Below the pieces are notes generated by a model that saw only the letters and a program-made list of their open reading frames with translations, searched no databases and had not been told where the DNA came from. From the human T2T-CHM13v2.0 reference genome, Homo sapiens: DNA of 64,000 nt. Below are positions 61,244 through 64,000 of the stretch, piece after piece. A program made the position numbers and the translations under genes. The stretch lies in assembly GCF_009914755.1 (NCBI RefSeq), contig NC_060930.1. One strand, given 5' to 3'. The number at the start of each line of letters is the position of its first letter. Positions within the stretch are counted from its first letter, which is position 1.

Positions 61244-61900
61244 CAGATGCTCCTTGATGTATGATGAAGTTATGTCCCAACAAACCCCCGTAAACTGAAA
61301 ATATCATAAGTTAAAAATGCATTTAGCACACCAAAAATTATAGGTTAGCCTAGCTTACTTTGAACATGCTCAGAACATTTAGATTAGACTTCATTGGTCA
61401 AAATAATCTAACAAAATGTCTAAATAAAGTATTGAATAACTGATATTTATTAAATATGGTACTGAAAATAAGAAACAGAATGGTTGTATGGGTACTCATC
61501 ATTAATGTACATAGCTGAAATTACACAGGGCCTGAAGAATTTTTGAAGCATTGAGCTAAAGTTAATTGCTGAATGATGGGACTAATACTTTGACACAGTC
61601 AGTGTCTGTCTCTTCCGATGATGAGGGTTGAGAATAGCTGGTAGAAAGTATTGATGCTTGTTGATGGTAGGCAGGAATTATGTTCTTCAGGAAGATATCA
61701 ATAATATTGATATCAGGAAGATATCAATAATGTCACAGATTATGCTTCATACTTGTCTTCCTGAGTCTTCTTTATCCCGAACACCCTGAGTTTTCGAATG
61801 GTTGACATGCCAGCTGGCTTTCTGCAGATGTACTTCTCGTGTGTAAATTTCCTTCTCTGTGAGGTATTCATATTGAACATGACCTCCAAGTGTGTTTGGG
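61244..61900. mobile_element. Tigger5/MER47 DNA transposon remnant
   Basis: TA followed by TIR-like CAGATGCTCCTTGATGTATGATG; GTTAGCCTAGCTTACTTTGAACATGCTCAGAACA; AACAGAATGGTTGTATGGGTACTC. Right boundary uncertain. Confidence 0.8.
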
Positions 61901-62039
61901 TCTGTGCAGAAGACAATAGGACTGCGATTTCTGATGATTAAAACCTGGATTGTATGTTACTGTGATCAGACCCTGAGACTGCGTTAGCAAGTTTTATAGC
62001 ATCTGAGTCGCTCTGTTGGAGGAAAGTGCATGTGATGGG

Positions 62040-62310
62040 CATTTGCTTGCTTCCCCACCAGATTCTCTACCTTCACCCTTCCTGCAATATTCCCTAGGAA
62101 GCTGACTTCTGCTGAATGCAACACTCAGGTTCTCTGCTTCCTAGATTCTAGTTGAGTTTGGTCCATGGGAGGCCTTGGCAGAAATTTTGAGAGTAAGAGC
62201 AAATAATTACTTAACCATTAGAAAAAAATAACATGAATGTGTCCTTCTATCCATGGCCTCAGTTCCTGTTGGGGAGCCTCGGTGCCAATCCCTCGGTGCA
62301 TCACCATTTC
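62040..62310 (-). mobile_element. LTR33-like fragment
   Basis: CCAGATTCTCTACC...GGAAGCTGAC...GTTGAGTTTGGTCCATGGGAGGC. Confidence 0.5.
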
Positions 62311-62337
62311 TAATTAGTTCCTGTTTTAGTCTGCTTT

Positions 62338-62340
<3 letters not shown>

Positions 62341-62384
<44 letters not shown>
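62341..62384. repeat. (GT)~22 microsatellite
   Basis: Perfect GT dinucleotide run. Confidence 0.97.
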
Positions 62385-62385
<1 letters not shown>

Positions 62386-62593
62386 GTTATAAAGGAATAC
62401 CAGAGGCTGAATAATTTTAAAGAAGAGAGGTTTATTTGGTTCACAGTTCTGAAGGTGTGCAAGAAGCATGGTGCCACCATTTGCTTCTGGTGAGGGCTTT
62501 AGTCTGTTTCCACTCATGGCAGAAGGGGAAGGGAAGCTGGCATGTGCAGAGATCACGTGGCAAGAGAGAGGGGTTTGTACCAGGCTCTTGTTA

Positions 62594-62927
<334 letters not shown>

Positions 62928-63199
62928 GAGCGAGCAAGAACTCACTTGGATGGCACCAAGACATTCGTGAGAGGTCCACACTCAGGACCAAAACACCTCC
63001 CATTAGGCCCCACCTCCAACAATGGGGATCACATTTCAACATGAGTTTGGAGTGGTCAAATATCCAAACCCTAGCAGTTCCCTTAACCCTGGAAAGAGAC
63101 CCTTCATTAAACTCTTTCTGCTTAATCCTTTGAGAGTGCAACAATTTCCTGCTAGGACCCTGACGGATAGAGGGACCATACAGATCACTAAAATGCTGA

Positions 63200-63568
<369 letters not shown>

Positions 63569-63769
63569 AAACTTAAAAAAAAACCCCAAATAGTACTTTG
63601 AACTTCACCCGCAGGGAGTTATTCAAATTGGTTGTCAGCCAGTTATTTCAGGTTGTTGAGATCATCTGGCTCTTGATTTTATTAATCATCTTAGCCTTCC
63701 CTTTCAACAATTTGCCGACTTTGTGCAAATTTTATTAATATGTGATCTCTGTCTTTATCCATGGAGAGG

Positions 63770-63980
63770 CAGTATAGTATCATGAGGAAAAATAGACTTT
63801 GGAGTAGGCAGAAATTAGGTTTGAATTACTAGCCACGAGGCTTTGGGAACATTACTTAAACTCTATAAGCTTCAATTTCTTTATCTATAAGGTATAGATA
63901 CCTTACCTTTATCTATACCTTATAGATACCTTTATCTATAAGGTATAGATCTTTATCTATAAAACCTGAAAGTTTTGGCA
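63770..63980. mobile_element. MIR remnant
   Basis: AGACTTTGGAGTAGGCAGA..GGTTTGAAT..TTACTTAAACTCTATAAGCTTCAATTTCTTTATCTATAA. Confidence 0.7.
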
Positions 63981-64000
63981 TGAGTTTAGTAAAACTGTCT

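Overview
AT-rich, repeat-dense primate DNA, almost certainly human. It reads as a subtelomeric segmental-duplication mosaic of the OR4F/WBP1LP type. No intact protein-coding gene is supported. Main contents: (1) a single-exon OR4F3/F16/F21/F29-type olfactory receptor pseudogene (+, 25163-26100) with a 1-bp deletion and a DRY>DSY change; (2) a WBP1L processed pseudogene (-, ~28733-37072) that inserted into an old L1MA and was later split by a full-length L1PA7-like element; (3) a ~33-copy, 77-bp minisatellite amplified from an L1 3'UTR, with a CACGTG E-box in nearly every unit; (4) a full-length THE1 provirus, solo THE1D/MSTB/LTR22 LTRs with clean TSDs, a twin-primed inverted L1PA, Alus, L2/MIR/MLT1, Tigger5 and microsatellites; (5) probable exons of a subtelomeric lncRNA family near the start. 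The chromosome end and exact paralog cannot be fixed from the sequence alone. Repeat subfamily names come from recalled consensus sequences, and old-repeat boundaries are approximate. I found no evidence for a new gene system; the noteworthy signals are structural and evolutionary.
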